Origin: the human T2T-CHM13v2.0 reference genome, Homo sapiens
DNA length: 64,000 bases
Assembly: GCF_009914755.1 (NCBI RefSeq)
Contig: NC_060945.1
Direction: 5' to 3' (one strand)
Part shown: in pieces, positions 37,300 to 56,894 of the stretch
How positions within the stretch are numbered: the first letter of the stretch is position 1
How the letters are laid out: each line of letters starts with the position of its first letter
Program-made: the position numbers and the translations under genes
The notes under the pieces: generated by a model
The model's database searches: none
What the model saw: only the letters and a program-made list of their open reading frames with translations
What the model was told of the DNA's origin: nothing

Positions 37300-38499
<1,200 letters not shown>

Positions 38500-40144
38500 T
38501 CAAAAAAAAAAAAAATGTCCAAGATGTGGTCATGGGTGAGGGTGTCTCGGGTGGCGTCAAGTCTGAGGTCGCTAGAAGTAAGCCTACTGAATCTTTGCAC
38601 TTAGACAAGCCACAGATGCCTTAAAATCTCCGAACTGTAGTGATATTTTCAACCCAAACTATGGTTAGTTTCCAGTGTTCATCCCAAGATCCCCAAAAGC
38701 CTCTTACAATCCCAGCATCAGGCACAAAATCTAGGATCTCACGGTCTGTTTTAGATTGGCTTGTCCGGTGCAGCTCCTCTTGATCCAGAGACTTACAAAC
38801 TAAAAAGATTAATTTTCTCTCCCGTGCACGCAATATATGATGGTGAGCCGGGACCAGATAACCACAATAAATACTTGCATGTGAAAATGAGAAGAGGAGG
38901 AGACACAGTAATCACTGGTCCAAAGCAATTCTGAAATCCTACTGGAAGATGTTTTCAGGCCCTACAAGAATAAGAAGTCTTAACCAGGCCCGAGTTCTGC
39001 TTCCTGGGAGTATCTCCCCAGGCTGTATCTCAGCACAGCTTTTGCCTCTGCCCTCTTGGGTGTCCCTCCTTTTCCAGCACCTTCTTGGCCATGTTGAAGA
39101 ATGTGCCCTTTGAGAAACTTTCTCAACCTCCTTCCTGTCATTAGCAAATTGTGAGCCCACAGACCTTTTTTCACTCTAAACTGTTCTGTCCACATTTTGG
39201 CAGCTGGTGGTGCTTTGTTCACTACAAGTCCCTTAAAAACTTTATGGGCTTCTCAAGAATCTGATTCAGGTGCTCTCCATGCCCAAGAAGCCACTCCCAC
39301 TAGTCTTTTTTTTTTTTTTTAGACGGAGTCTCGCTCTGTCGCCCAGGCTGAAGTGCAACCTCCACCTCCCGGGTTCACGCCATTCTCCTGCCTCAGCCTC
39401 CTGAGTAGCTGGGACTACAGGCGCCCGCCACCACGCCTGGCTAATTTTTTGTATTTTTCAGTGGAGACGGGGTTTCACCATGTTAGCCAGGATGTTCTGG
39501 ATCTCCTGACCTTGTGATCCGCCTGCCTCGGCCTCCCAAAGTGCTGGGATTACAGGCGTGAGCCACCGCGCCCAGCCACTTGTTAACATTTAAATCATTG
39601 AGATCACCTTGACTTCAGCATTATTCTTAAGGCCATATTTTATTAGCGCCACTCTGAATTTGATCTTTGGCCCAGGTTATGACTTACTTTGAGAACTTGT
39701 TACCAACTATTGGGTCTAATAATACTTTCCCCAGCTTCAACCCAAAGTGTGCTCTAAATTCTGCTGGCCAGTTTGTTTGTTTGTTTGTTTTTAACCACAC
39801 TCTTTTCTATAAGTGTCTCAACATATTCAAGCAAAAGAAACACAGGTTAATCTCAACATTATACTGATATGATCTTTTTCAAGTCCCAGAGTTCAGTAGT
39901 TGCCTTTTTCTCTGCCCATCTTACTGAAGGGCAACAATTTTACAAATCCTTCACCATGACATAGTTGTTCACCATTTGTCCACCTCCCGTAGTTTTCCTC
40001 ACCATTGTTCCAGTGTTCACTACCAGTTTCCCCACTGCTTTTCCAGACTTCTAGTCCAAAGCTAATGCCACATGTTACAGTAGCACCTACTGCTAGGTAC
40101 AAATGTCTGTAGCATGCATATCTTCCTTGTAGTCCTAGATATAG

Positions 40145-40468
<324 letters not shown>

Positions 40469-41113
40469 TAGTCAGGCTGGTCTCAAACTCCTGACCTCAG
40501 GTGATCTGCCCGCCTCGGCCTCCCAAAGTGTTGGGATTACAGGCGTGAGCCACTGCACCCGGCCCAACTATGGCCATTTTTATAAATCATTGATTACATT
40601 AGCCTAGAGTGAGTGTGGGCTTTCTTTTTCAATTAAGAAACTTATGGATTGGCCGGGTGCAGTGGCTCACACCTGTAATCCCAACACTTTAGGAGGCCAA
40701 GGCGAGCAGATCACCTGAGGTCAGGAGTTTGAGACCAGCCTGGCCAACACGGTGAAACCCCATCTCTACTAAAAATACAAAAATTAGCTGGGCTTGGTGG
40801 CATGCACCTGTAATCCCAGCTACTCAGAAGGCTGAGGCAGGAGAATCACTAGAACCCAGGAGGTGGAGGTTACAGTGAGCCAAGATCACCCATTGCACTC
40901 CAGCCTGGGCAACAAGGGTGAAACTCCATCTCAGAAAAAAGAAAAAAAAAACTTATGGATTGTTGTGTTGTATTTCTAGTCCTGTCCTGAGCAAAAGGTA
41001 TTAGGAACCTGAGAATCCTTCCATTAGCACAATAGAAAAATGGGCAAAAAGGCCAGGCACGGTGACTCACGCCTGTAATCCCAGCACTTTGGGAGGCCAA
41101 GGTAGGAGAATCA

Positions 41114-41537
<424 letters not shown>

Positions 41538-41804
41538 TCAGGAGGCTGAGGTACGAGAATCACTTGAACCGAGGAGGTGGAGATTGCAGTGAGCCGAGAT
41601 TGCACCACTGCACTCCAACCCGAGTAACAGAGTGAGACTCTGTCTCAAAAAAAAAAAAAAAAGAAAAATGGGCAAGAAGTTACCCTTTTTTTTTTTTTTT
41701 TACAAACTGGCAAGACGACATAAGCATTGTCTTATGGTCCTTGAGTTAAAAAAAAAATTGTGTAAAAACAAAAATGGACAAAGACCCATTAATTTCATGG
41801 TGGT

Positions 41805-42212
41805 TGTAGTGGGTTGAAAGGTGGCCCCCTAAAATGTATGTCCACCCCTGGAAACTGGGGATGTGACCTTTTTTGGGGAAAGGGTCTTTTCTAATGTGAT
41901 TAAGTTAAGGATTGCAAAATGAGAGCATCCTGGATTTGGGTGGACCCTAAATCGAATGTTATGTGTACTGAGAAGAGAAGGGAGAAGACAGAGGAGAATG
42001 CCAGATGAAGACAGAAACAGAGATTGAAGTTATGTGGCCATAATTCAAGGATTGCTGGCAACACCAGAAGCCAAGAGAAAGATGAGGAAGAATTCTCCCC
42101 TAGACCTTTCAGAAGGAGCGTGGCCCAGCCAACACCCTGACTTCAGACTTCTGGCCTCCAGAACTGTGAGAATAAATTCTTACTGTTGTAATCCACCTGA
42201 TATGTGGTAATG
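41805..42212 (+). mobile_element. MLT1C-like MaLR LTR
   Basis: tgtagtgggttgaa..ggtggccccc ... gacttctggcctccagaactgtgag motifs. Confidence 0.75.
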
Positions 42213-42214
42213 TG

Positions 42215-43140
<926 letters not shown>

Positions 43141-43869
43141 TATGTCTTTTTTGTTTGTTTTTTTCCGACAGAGTCTCACTGTGTCCCCCAGGCTGAAGTG
43201 CAATGGCGCAATCCAGCTCACTGCAACCTCCCTCTCTGAGCTTCAAGTGATTCTCCTGCCTCAGCCTCCCAAGTAGCTGGGATTATAGGCACATGCCACC
43301 ACACCCAGCTAATTTTTGTATTTTTGATAGAGACGGGGTTTCACCATGTTGGCCAGGCTGGTCTCGAATGCCTGACTTCAAGTGATCCGCCCGCCTTGGC
43401 TTCCCAAATTGCTGGGATTACAGGCGTGAACCAACGCATCTGGACACATATTATGTTTCTAAATAGGTGTGGGTCTCTCATTGAACTGTTATATTCTACT
43501 GTCAAATTGTCTCTCCATGAATAAATACCACACAGACCTAATTACCCTAGCAGCGTATTAAGATGTAATATCTTCTAGGGCAAGTCTTCACCCTTTTTTC
43601 CTCACATTTTCCCCCTTCTCCTCCTCTCTTCTTCCTCCTCCAAGAAAGCCTTGGGTATTCATAGCCCTTTATTACTTCCATATAAATGTTATAATTAGGG
43701 CCTGGCACGGTGGCTCATGCCTGTAATCCTAGCACTTTGGGAAGCCGAGGCAGGCAGACCACCTAAGGTCAGGAGTTCGAGACCAGCCTGGCCAACATGG
43801 TGAAACCCCATCTCTACTAAAAATACAAAATTAGCCGGGCATGGTGGCACGTGCCTGTAATCCCAGCTA

Positions 43870-44073
<204 letters not shown>

Positions 44074-44283
44074 TTATATATATTAAATCTGTCCCCAGGC
44101 TGTTCCCCAGGCTGGAGTACAGTAATACAATCACAGCTCACTGCAGCCTTGACCTCCTCGGCTCAAGTGGATTGTCCCATCTTGGTCTCCTGAGTGGCTG
44201 GGACTACAGGTGTACATGACCATGACCCATTAACTTTTAAGTTTTTTGTAGAGACGGGGGTCTTGTTCTGTTGCCCAGGCTAG

Positions 44284-44683
<400 letters not shown>

Positions 44684-45376
44684 TGATTTATTAATGTCTT
44701 ACAATAATATATTATCATCTTATTCAGAAAGCGTATGCACAAAATTTTAAATTTTATTTTTAGCAAAAAATAGGCGATTTTGCTAGTGTACATGGGATCC
44801 TTTTAAAATTTTGTGTTTGTTGTTGGTGTCTAGAAATACAATTGACTTTTGTAAATTGTTCACACGTCCAGCAGTTTTGCTGAATTCTTGAATTCATTTC
44901 AATGATGTTTCTAGATGTTCCATGGGCTTTGCTAGCAAACACTGCCAGTTTGCCCAGCACTTTGCCAGCGTAAGGCCTGTGCCCCCAGATATATTCCCAG
45001 CCTTTTGGGGAGGAGCGGGGAGCCCCTGCAGGCTGTGCTTCTCAGCCTTTGGGTCATTGCCCGCCGAGCTTTACATTTGTTTACATTTCTTTTTAATGCT
45101 AATGGTATCATGTGTGGTCTGTAAGTGTCTATATGTGTAGTTTTAATAAGTCTTAACTTTTTATAAACCAGCAGCCTCCTGGCCGGGGATAGCCAATAGC
45201 CCCAGCCCACTGAAAGCCTGGTGAGCAGAAAGGGAAGAGAAACAAGGGTGTTCATTCACTGGTAGGATGTGTTTCCTGAACGGCTCCTGCTCCTGCTGGA
45301 CAAGCCCACAGAGGGCCCAGCTTCCAACAGGTGAGCCTTCATGCCCCACCACTACTTTTTATTTGATTTGATTTGA

Positions 45377-45541
<165 letters not shown>

Positions 45542-45597
45542 TAGTAGAGACGGGGTTTCTCCGTGTTGGTCAGGCTGGTCTAGAACTCCCAACCTCA

Positions 45598-45741
<144 letters not shown>

Positions 45742-45829
45742 TCAAGCAATCCTCCTGCCTCAGCCTCCTAAAGTGCAGAAATTACAGGCATGAGCCACCA
45801 CATCTGGACCCAGCCTCTACTTGTTACTG

Positions 45830-46582
45830 CAATATGCAATTTGGAGCGACTTAACTGCTCACGAGGAAATGTCTCGTGTCACACGGCATTTTAAGTAGAT
45901 ACTTAGAGCACTTGAGCTCACCACAGTAGCAACAGGAGGTGGTTGTGAAAGATTCCAGTAGTGAGGTATGTGCTAACATTAGTTTTATGCAGTTGTGATT
46001 GAATACTGCATCTTTACATTTACGTTTCTCTCAACTGTGAATGCTGCCATGTGTGGTCTCTGTTTCTGTATAAAAGTTTTAATAAATTTACCAGCCTGGC
46101 CAACATGGTGAAACCCTGTCTCTACTAAAAATACAAAACTTAGCCGGGCGTGGTGGCGTGTGCCTGTAATCCGAGTTACTCGGGAGGCTGAGGCAGAATT
46201 GCTTGAGCCCGGGTAGCAGAGGTTGCAGTGAGTGAGCCAAGATCGTGCTACTGCACTCCAGCCTGAGTGACAAAGCAAGACTCCGTGTCAAAAAAAAAAC
46301 AAAAACAAAAACAAAAAAAGTTTTTATAAATTTTAATATTTTATCATCAATTTGAGTATATTTTAGGTAGTAAATGATAAAATTAGTATCTACATATATT
46401 TTATGCATTCATGACATACCATTTTCTTAATTTTTCAGTATTTCTAGGCTATGTGGTTCATCCTAGTTTTGACAAATTATTTCATTCCTACAAAAAATTT
46501 TTCAATATATTTGTTGAAAAAAGCTACATATAAGTGGACCCACATAGCTCAAACCCACCTATGCCCTACAAGTGTCAACTGA
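45830..46582. mobile_element. Tigger2-family fragment interrupted by a partial Alu (about 46090-46320)
   Basis: Terminal aagtggacc..ctcaaaccc..caagtgtcaactg motif and internal agcaacaggaggtgg motif. Confidence 0.55.
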
Positions 46583-47087
46583 GCGAACATAGATAGATAC
46601 ATAGAGAGCTAGATATAGATATAAGTATCTATATTATGAATATCAGCCAGGCACAGTGGCTCACCCCTGTAATCTCAGCACTTTGGGAGGCCAAGGCCGG
46701 TGTACTACTTGAGCTCAACAGTTCCAGACCAGCCTAGGCAACATGGTGAAACCCTGTCTCTACAAAAAATACAAAAATTAGCCAGGTGTGGTACTGTGCA
46801 CCTGTAGTCCCAGCTACTTGAGAGGCTGAAGTAGGAGAATCACCTGAGCCTGAGAAAGTCAAGGATGCAGTGAGCCGAGATAGAGCCACTGCACTCCAGC
46901 CTGGGTGACAGAGTGAGAACCTGTCTCCAATAAATAAATAAATCAATAAATATCATACATATGTGTTTCCTATTGGTTTTTTTTTTTCTGGAAAACCCTA
47001 TCTATCACACTGGCCAAATTTTGAAGTATTTGAGCTCACAATAAATATACAGTATAAAGGTTTATAATTTTTTTTTTTTTTTTTTAG

Positions 47088-47411
<324 letters not shown>

Positions 47412-50400
47412 TAGGGTTCAATCTATATATATATAGATTGAAATTGTTCAAGCAATTCTCCTGCCTCAGCCTCCCGAGTAGCTGAGATTACAGGTATATG
47501 CCACCATGCCCAGCTAATTTTTGTATTTTTAGTAGAGACGGGGTTTCACCATGTTGGCCAGGCTGGTCTCAAACTCCTGACCTCAGAAGATCCGCCAACC
47601 TCGGCCTCCCAAAGTGCTGCGATTACAGACTTGAGCCACTGCGCCTGGCCAATTTTTGGTTTTTTAAAACTTGAGATGTCCTGAAACACAGGAAGTATAT
47701 GTGTTTTTTAACTTCAAACTTAAGTAAGAATAGGCCTTGAGACATTTTTCCCCACTCAAAACCCAGGCTGGCTCTACACATTTCCTTGCTAGCAGATTGC
47801 TTTGCCCAGGGTCACCCATCACTGACATGTAGCCCTGCAAGGGTGGCAACTTCCTCTGGCGATTTCCAGCCCACTCCCAAGTGTTCTAGCCCCAAGGTCT
47901 CATGTTCTCTGAAGTCTGTTACACCAGAGCTCTGGCTGCTGAGACCAGTGCATGCTTCCAGGGTGGCACTGCTGCCTGTGATTTCTTGCTACTTCTCTGT
48001 TTTTTTGGATCCCTAGAGATATCCTTTACTTGATTATATGGTCATTTGAAATTATGCCTGTAACCTTTTACCCAGAATTACTACATGATTTGGAGCCCAA
48101 GGGTTTTCCATAACTTTTTTTCTTTTTAATTCGAGAAGGAGTTTCGTTCTGCTGCCCAGTCTGGAGTGCATTGGCACCATCTCAGCTCACTGCAACCTCG
48201 GCCTCCTGGGTTCACAGCTCCCGGCCAGTTTTCCATAATATCTAGTGACCAAATATTGCCAGAAATAGAACTTATTACTTGTGTTTTAAAACACAATTTT
48301 AGGCCCACGTGCAATGGCTTGTGCCTGTAACCTAGTGCTTTAGGAGGCCGAGGTGGGAAGATTGCTTGAGCCCTGGAGTTTGAAACTGTAGTGAGCTATA
48401 ACCAAGCCACTGCACTCCAGCCTGGGTGACAGAGTAAGAACCTAAAAGAAAAAAAAATATATATTATATATACCAGAATACAGAGCTGAGGCATGCATGC
48501 GAATGGTGTGATATTTGAGTATTTTTATTTTCCTCTTTGGCCCAAACACCTTGGAGTTAAATGTTCAGAGTATGGATCCAAGTGATCCTGTTGTAATCCA
48601 GTTATCCTAAAAAGAAGTTCAGCCAGGCACGGTGGCTCACGACTGTAAATCCCAGCACTTTAGGAGGCCGAGGTGGGGGATCACAAGGTCAAGAGTTCGA
48701 GACCAGCTTGACCAACATGGTGAAACCCTGTCTCTACTAAAAATACAAAAAAATTAGCTGGGCATGGTGGCACACGCCTGTAATCCCAGCTACGCGGGAG
48801 GTTGAATCAGAAGAATCTCTTGAACCCAGGAGGCGGAGGTTTCAGTGAGCCAAGATCGCGCCACTGCACTCCAGCCTGGGCAGCAGGGCGAGACTCCGTC
48901 TCAAAAAAAAGAAGTTTAACTGACCCTTGGGAGACACAAGGGGGAGCCTCTAGTAGTTCAGGTAGAACTTTGTGTGATCTACAAAGAAAGGAATATAAAC
49001 AAACATACACTTTTAAGGTTTTGTGTTAAAATGCTGGGTACTACTTGCTAGAGCTACAGGCAGAGTTGATGGTGCCCACAGAAAGACTCTGGGCAGAGAG
49101 TTAACTGGAGGAACAGCCTCTGCTGTCGGAAAAATCTAGTCTACTATTTTCTAGCTGATTGGAAAATACAATAATGTATTTGTCTGGCCTCTGCTTTTTT
49201 TATTTTAATGCAGCACCTTATATTTGCTTCTTGCACTTGGCCCTGTCCTTTCTCTTTGGCCAAACACAGTTTAGGCCACAGTTACCTCCCAACCAGGCTG
49301 CATAGGCTTCCCAGCCTTCCTACTCCCTCTAGTCTTAGGCACTGGCCTCACACATGGTTGCCCTAGTTACCTTTCGAGGCCCTAATCACTTCCTTCAAAA
49401 ACCATCAAGATGGCTAAGCATAGTGGCTCATGGCTGTAATCCCAGCACTTTGGGAGGCCGATGCAGGCAGATCACTTGAGGTCAAGAGTTACAAACCAGC
49501 CTGACCAACATGGTGAAACACTATCTCTACTAAAAATACAAAAATTAGATGGGCATGGTGGCGGCGCCTGTAATCCCAGCTACTGGGGAGGCTGAGGCAA
49601 GAGAATCACTTGAACCCAGGAGGCGGAGGTTGCAGTAAGCCGAGATTGCCCCTGCGCCACTGCACTCTAGCCTGGGCAACAGAGTGAGATTCTGTCTCAA
49701 AAAAAAAAAAAAAATCAAGATGGTTCATGCCCCCTCAACCATAGGTACCCCACCTTTACCAACCTGGCCGGTGACCATGCCAGAGGAGGTCTTTTCTTTT
49801 TGTTTCTTCTTGAGTGTTGCAACTCCAGCAAGATGTCAACATCTGCCGCATGTGCCCGCTGGTGGTGGTGTGGAAGTGGGGAGCTCCAGGTCCATGAAGG
49901 AGGGTGACGTGGATCTTCCAATTCCAGATCAGGATCCCCAAATTTGTTACTAAGCTGTGAATTATTAAGCACACCTCACAAAGGCGAGCATGACCTTTTC
50001 CCTGGACACAACAGAATGAGCCTAGTGGTGAAGAAAAAAAAAATCTGGCCGGGTGTAGTGGCTCACGCCTGTAACCCCAGCACTTTGGGAGGCCGAGGCG
50101 GGCGATCATTTGAGGTCAGGAGTTCGAGACCAGTCTGGCCAACATGGTGAAACCCCGTCGCTACTAAAAATACAAAAATTAGCCGGGCGTGGTGGCTCAT
50201 GCCTGTTGTCCCAGCTACTCAGGAGGCTGAGGGAGGAGAATCGCTTGAACCTAGGAAGTGGAGCTTGCAGTGAGCCTAGATTGTGCCACTGTACTCCAGC
50301 CTGGGCAACAGAGCAAGACTCTGTCTCAAAAAAAAAAATTTAGGCCAGGCACAGTGGCTCACACCTGTAATCCCAGGGCTTTGGGAGGCCGAGACGGGTG

Positions 50401-50461
50401 GATCACGAGGTCAGGAGATGGAGACCATCCTGGCTAACACGGTGAAACCCTGTCTCTACTA

Positions 50462-50639
<178 letters not shown>

Positions 50640-51149
50640 TTAAACAAAAAAAAATCTTTTGGCATTTTTTTTTCTCCCTTTAGGGACAAAGGATCCCTTC
50701 TCATGATTATCCTAAGATCTAAGGTTATTCTTTTTGCCTCCCAGGGTGGATGGTGGCAGATGCCCTTGCATTTACTTGATAGCAGACTCCTCTTTGATAA
50801 AGGCCTTTGATAAAGGCCTCATTCCGCCAGTTTATCTTGCCACCTCAATGAATCACTAGCTGTGAGTCAGGAATCCCTACACAATCCATTTAAATGACTG
50901 TGGCAGGGCCTCTTCCCCTGTGGAAGCTGAAGGTGTGGGCACGTCCATCTCCGATGAAATGCGAATGGGGCTCTGGGCACGCGGCGGAAGGCAGAGAAGA
51001 GGCAGAGAAAGAAGCTAATAACTAATTACACCGACTCCACAATTACGACTAACGTTGGGGGCGAACTCTTTGCTAAATAAACATTTAGGTGAAACAAAGC
51101 TTCCATTTCCAATCGGCCTAACTCTGGTATTAGCGTTGGCAGGGGCCAT

Positions 51150-52130
51150 GCAGGAGGGGCAGTGAGCAGTGGTGGCCGCGTTGCCGACAGAGGGTGAGGG
51201 AGCTGGGCGCGTGGTGTGGGCGCCGAGGTCCCGAGCTGAAGAGCTTTAAAACCTCTCAAAACACAGAACTATCAATCAAGTAGGACCAGACTGTGCCCCC
51301 AGGGAAGGTCGCAGATTTAAGGCTGCGAGGACAAGGGCAAAGAAGTGCGAAGCGTTCGGGTGGACATGCAAGCCGGCCCAGCGCAGACGCCTGAGAGGGG
51401 TGCCCAGCAGCCCCCGCAGGTCTCCGCCGCGCCCCCGCCACAGCACCCAGGCGCCCGCAGGGCACAGGGATCGGCACCAGCCGGTGACGTGTCCCTCACG
51501 CTGCTGCCTGTGATTGGTGGTCCCGATCCGGGGCGTGGCCCCAAGGGAGGCACTTGGCCCTACTGGGGATGCGCGCGCAGACCCACGGCCTCTGCTCCGC
51601 CCCCAGCTGGCCTGTAATTGGCGCAGTCGGCCCAAGGGGCGGCTGTTCAGGCGCGGGTGCGCGCGCAGCTGCTGTGGCCCTGCTTGGTGCGCCCGCTGTC
51701 ACCGCCATGGCTGCCCCGTGTTTGCTGCGGCAAGGACGAGCCGGGGCGCTGAAGGTAAAGGAGGAGCCAGCCTGGGCTGGCTGCGCGGCCCCGAGCCTAC
51801 GTAGGGGATGGGGTGAGGGGGCGCGGTGCTGGTCAGGTCCGGGCCTGTCCGCGACCTCTAGCCGTCCTAGTTGGGCCGCTGACCCCGCTCCCTGGGCCCA
51901 GGACTGACCGCCACGGGGCCAGGCCCGGATGTGGCCAGCGAGCGTCCCGCGGTTCCCCCGAGCCGGTCCGCCGCCGCCGCTGCCCGAGGCCCAGGCCGAG
52001 GCTGGCGTGCCCCGTGCCGACGGGCGCTCCCGAGGGCTGCATGCCTGGGCGGCAGACTCGGGTGGACGTTCCCAGGTGATGCTGCCGCGCGGCTGGGGTC
52101 AGCCGCTGTGCGGCTCCCGCACGGCTTCTC
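51150..52130. promoter_or_regulatory. NDUFV3 CpG-island promoter
   Basis: CpG-rich. GTGACGTG (CRE/E-box-like) near 51484. Inverted CCAAT (ATTGG) near 51513 and 51617. GC boxes near 51531 and 51597. NRF1-like TGCGCGCGCA near 51570 and 51658. Confidence 0.85.
51707..51754 (+). CDS. NDUFV3: NDUFV3 coding exon 1 (MAAPCLLRQGRAGALK), start of mitochondrial targeting peptide
   Basis: Strong Kozak accgccATGG at 51707. Donor AAG|GTAAAG. Peptide visible inside ORF 51554..51907. Confidence 0.95.
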
Positions 52131-52155
52131 TGAAGGACAGTGACTTCTCCATTTA

Positions 52156-52614
<459 letters not shown>

Positions 52615-52667
52615 TTACAAATTTTAAAATGGCTGTTATTACAAAAGCAGTAACTATTCCCTGCAGA

Positions 52668-53045
52668 ATATATATGTGTGTGTGTATATATATATATAAA
52701 TATATATTATATATATTATATATAAATATATATATATAATATATATTATATATAAATATATAATATATATTATATATATTATATAATATATATAATATAT
52801 AATATATATTATATATAAATATATAATATATATTATATTATATATATTATATAATATGTAAATATATATTATATATTATATAATATATAATATATTATAT
52901 AATATATATTATATAATATATATAATATGTTTATATAAATATATAATATATATTATATATTTATATATTTATATAATATATAATATATATTTATATATTA
53001 TATATAATATATATCATAATATAATATATAATATATATATATATT
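52668..53045. repeat. (TA)n/TATAA low-complexity tract, about 375 bp
   Basis: Almost pure A/T alternating sequence. Confidence 0.95.
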
Positions 53046-53668
53046 TTTTTTGAGACAGAGCCTCACTCTGTTGCCCAGGCCCAGGCTGGAGTGCAATGGC
53101 ACCATCTCAACTCCCTGCAACTTCTGCCCCCTGGGATTAAGCGACTCTCGTGCCTCAGCCTGCAGAATAATTTAAAAGTACAGATAGGGAAATTCATTGA
53201 CAGTCTACCATTACTCCTTCAAGCATCTAGTTCCTAACGATTTCTATCAGCTTTTATATGTTCACATAAGCACATGTACTCATGCTTACAATCATGAACA
53301 TACACGTTTTCATGTTTATATGTGCACATACAGGCACCTCTGTTCTGTATCCAGCATCTAGAACATTGTACTGTCTAGCACTTAATAGGCCTTAGTGAGT
53401 ATATGCTGAGTGAGTTGGCATAATATAAAATATCACATTTATATTGTAGACACTTTTGAAGCAGTTTTTATATACCTACATCATTTTAGTGGCCAGATAG
53501 TATTTCTTCTACTCTATTTTCTAAGGATAAGAAAACATTTTACAGAAAGAAACATAGGGCCTGGCAGGTGGCTCATGCCTGTAATCCCAGTACTTTGGGA
53601 GGCCAAGACAGGTGGATCATTTGAGGTCAGGCATTCAAGACCAACATGGTGAAACCCCATCTCTACTA

Positions 53669-54182
<514 letters not shown>

Positions 54183-54354
54183 TTAATAAATAATTGGAGA
54201 CTACAAAAAAAATGCACTGGAGAACGTCTGGTTGAAGTTTTATTAAACCAAATATTAATAGTGATTGTCCTTGAACTCGGGTGTTTTCTTCTTGCAGCCT
54301 TTTTGTATTTTACAAAATGTCCATAATATACATACATTATGAAAACTGTAATAA

Positions 54355-54841
<487 letters not shown>

Positions 54842-55406
54842 TAGCCAGGATAGTCTCGATCTCCTGACCTCATGATCCACACGCCTCGGCCTCCCAAAGT
54901 GCTAGGATTACAGTCGCACCGCGCCCGGCCTTTTTTTTGTATTTTTAGTAGAGACGGGGTTGTCCAGGCTGGTCTCAGAACTCCTGACCTCAAGTGATCC
55001 GCCCACCTCAGCCTCCCAAAGTGCTGGGATTATAGGTGTAAGCCACCGCACCTGGCCAATCCCAGCACTTCAGGAGGCCGGGGCTTCAGGATCGCTTGAG
55101 GCCAGGAGTTTGAGGAAGCCAGGAGTTTGAGACCAACCTGGGCCACGTAGCCAGATCTCGTCTCTATAAAAAATAAAAAATATTAGCCAGGCATGGTAGT
55201 ATGTGCCTGTAGTCCTGGCTATGTCAGAGTATCGCTTGGACCCAGGAGTTGAAGGCTGCAGTGAGCCATGATTGTGCCACTGCACTCCAGCCTGGACGAC
55301 TGAGAGAGACCCCTGACTCAAAAAATATATATATATATTCATATATAGTACCAGCTATTATAATGGCATTACGCTAAACATCCATATTCATTAATTCTTT
55401 TGTCAG

Positions 55407-55527
55407 ACTATGCTCCAGGAAGCCCAGGTGTTTCGAGGACTTGCTTCTACGGTTTCTTTGTCTGCGGAATCAGGGAAGAGTGAAAAGGGTCAGCCACAGA
55501 ATTCCAAGAAGCAAAGTCCACCAAAAA
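55407..55527 (+). CDS. NDUFV3: NDUFV3 coding exon 2 (TMLQEAQVFRGLASTVSLSAESGKSEKGQPQNSKKQSPPK), 121 nt
   Basis: Acceptor ttttgtcag, donor A|GTAAGA. Hand translation matches the recognised NDUFV3 sequence. Confidence 0.95.
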
Positions 55528-56084
55528 GTAAGATTTTGATGGTAGTCATAAGGGAAAGAGAATGCAAAAAGAAAATAGATTAGTCAGCCTTCGAAGCACG
55601 ACAGTGAGTTTTACTAGCTACGTAATTTATGCTTCTTCCTTTTCAGCAGTGTCCAGATTATACAAGACACAAGATCTATAACAGATTTTAGACCAAACAT
55701 TTCAGTCATGTCGTAGTCTTTGACTGAATATTTAGCCCTGAAATGGTTTTCCCTGTATTTTCTAAATGCCAAACCCCAACCTGAAGTGAGTGATGCCTTG
55801 GTAAAGGCTCTGTGGCATTTAGATGGCCCCGGCACAGTGAGCTTGCCAGAAAGCCACCTTACTTTCCATCCTCTGATGCTGAGTTGTTTGTTTTGTTTTG
55901 TTTTGTTTTGTTTTGTTTTGTTTCAGTCTCTTTGAGACCCATCTGTGGTTTTCCAGGCTTTGCTTAATCCCAGTCCAGGACTAGCTGGGACTACAGGCAT
56001 GTGCCACCACGTCTGGCTAATTTTTTGTATTTTTAGTAGAGACAGGGTTTCACAATGTTAGCCAGGATGGTCTCAATCTCCTGA

Positions 56085-56336
<252 letters not shown>

Positions 56337-56780
56337 TAGTAGAGGTGGGGTTTCACCATGTTAGCCGGGATGGTCTTGATCTCCTGACCTTGTGATCCGC
56401 CCGCCTTGGCCTCCCAGAGTGCTGGAATTACAGGCGTGAGCCACCGTGCCCGGTCCTAAATCTTTAATCATTATATGGGGTTGTAGAATAGTAATTGAGT
56501 TTGGTCTTATTTTCATCAATATACTATTTCCTCAGTTTGAATGTTTGAAAGTATTTAGATTCTTTTGTTTTCTTCCTCCTTGGTCTGTGCACAGAACACT
56601 GGTAAGTTTTTAAATATTTGTATTTATACAAAGAGAGTGCCAGCCCCTGACTGCCTCTCACAGTGTGTGGACTTGAGGCTTGGATTCCACGGGAATGTTA
56701 TTTAGTTTTGTGCTATGACTCCTGCCTCGTTTTTCAATCATTGTTTTTTTCTCTTCTTCCTTTTATGTTATTTGTTTTAA

Positions 56781-56894
<114 letters not shown>

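Noticed and set aside
38700-40110. Possible MaLR internal-sequence relic upstream of WDR4
   Set aside because: Resemblance too weak to assign a family or boundaries without RepeatMasker.
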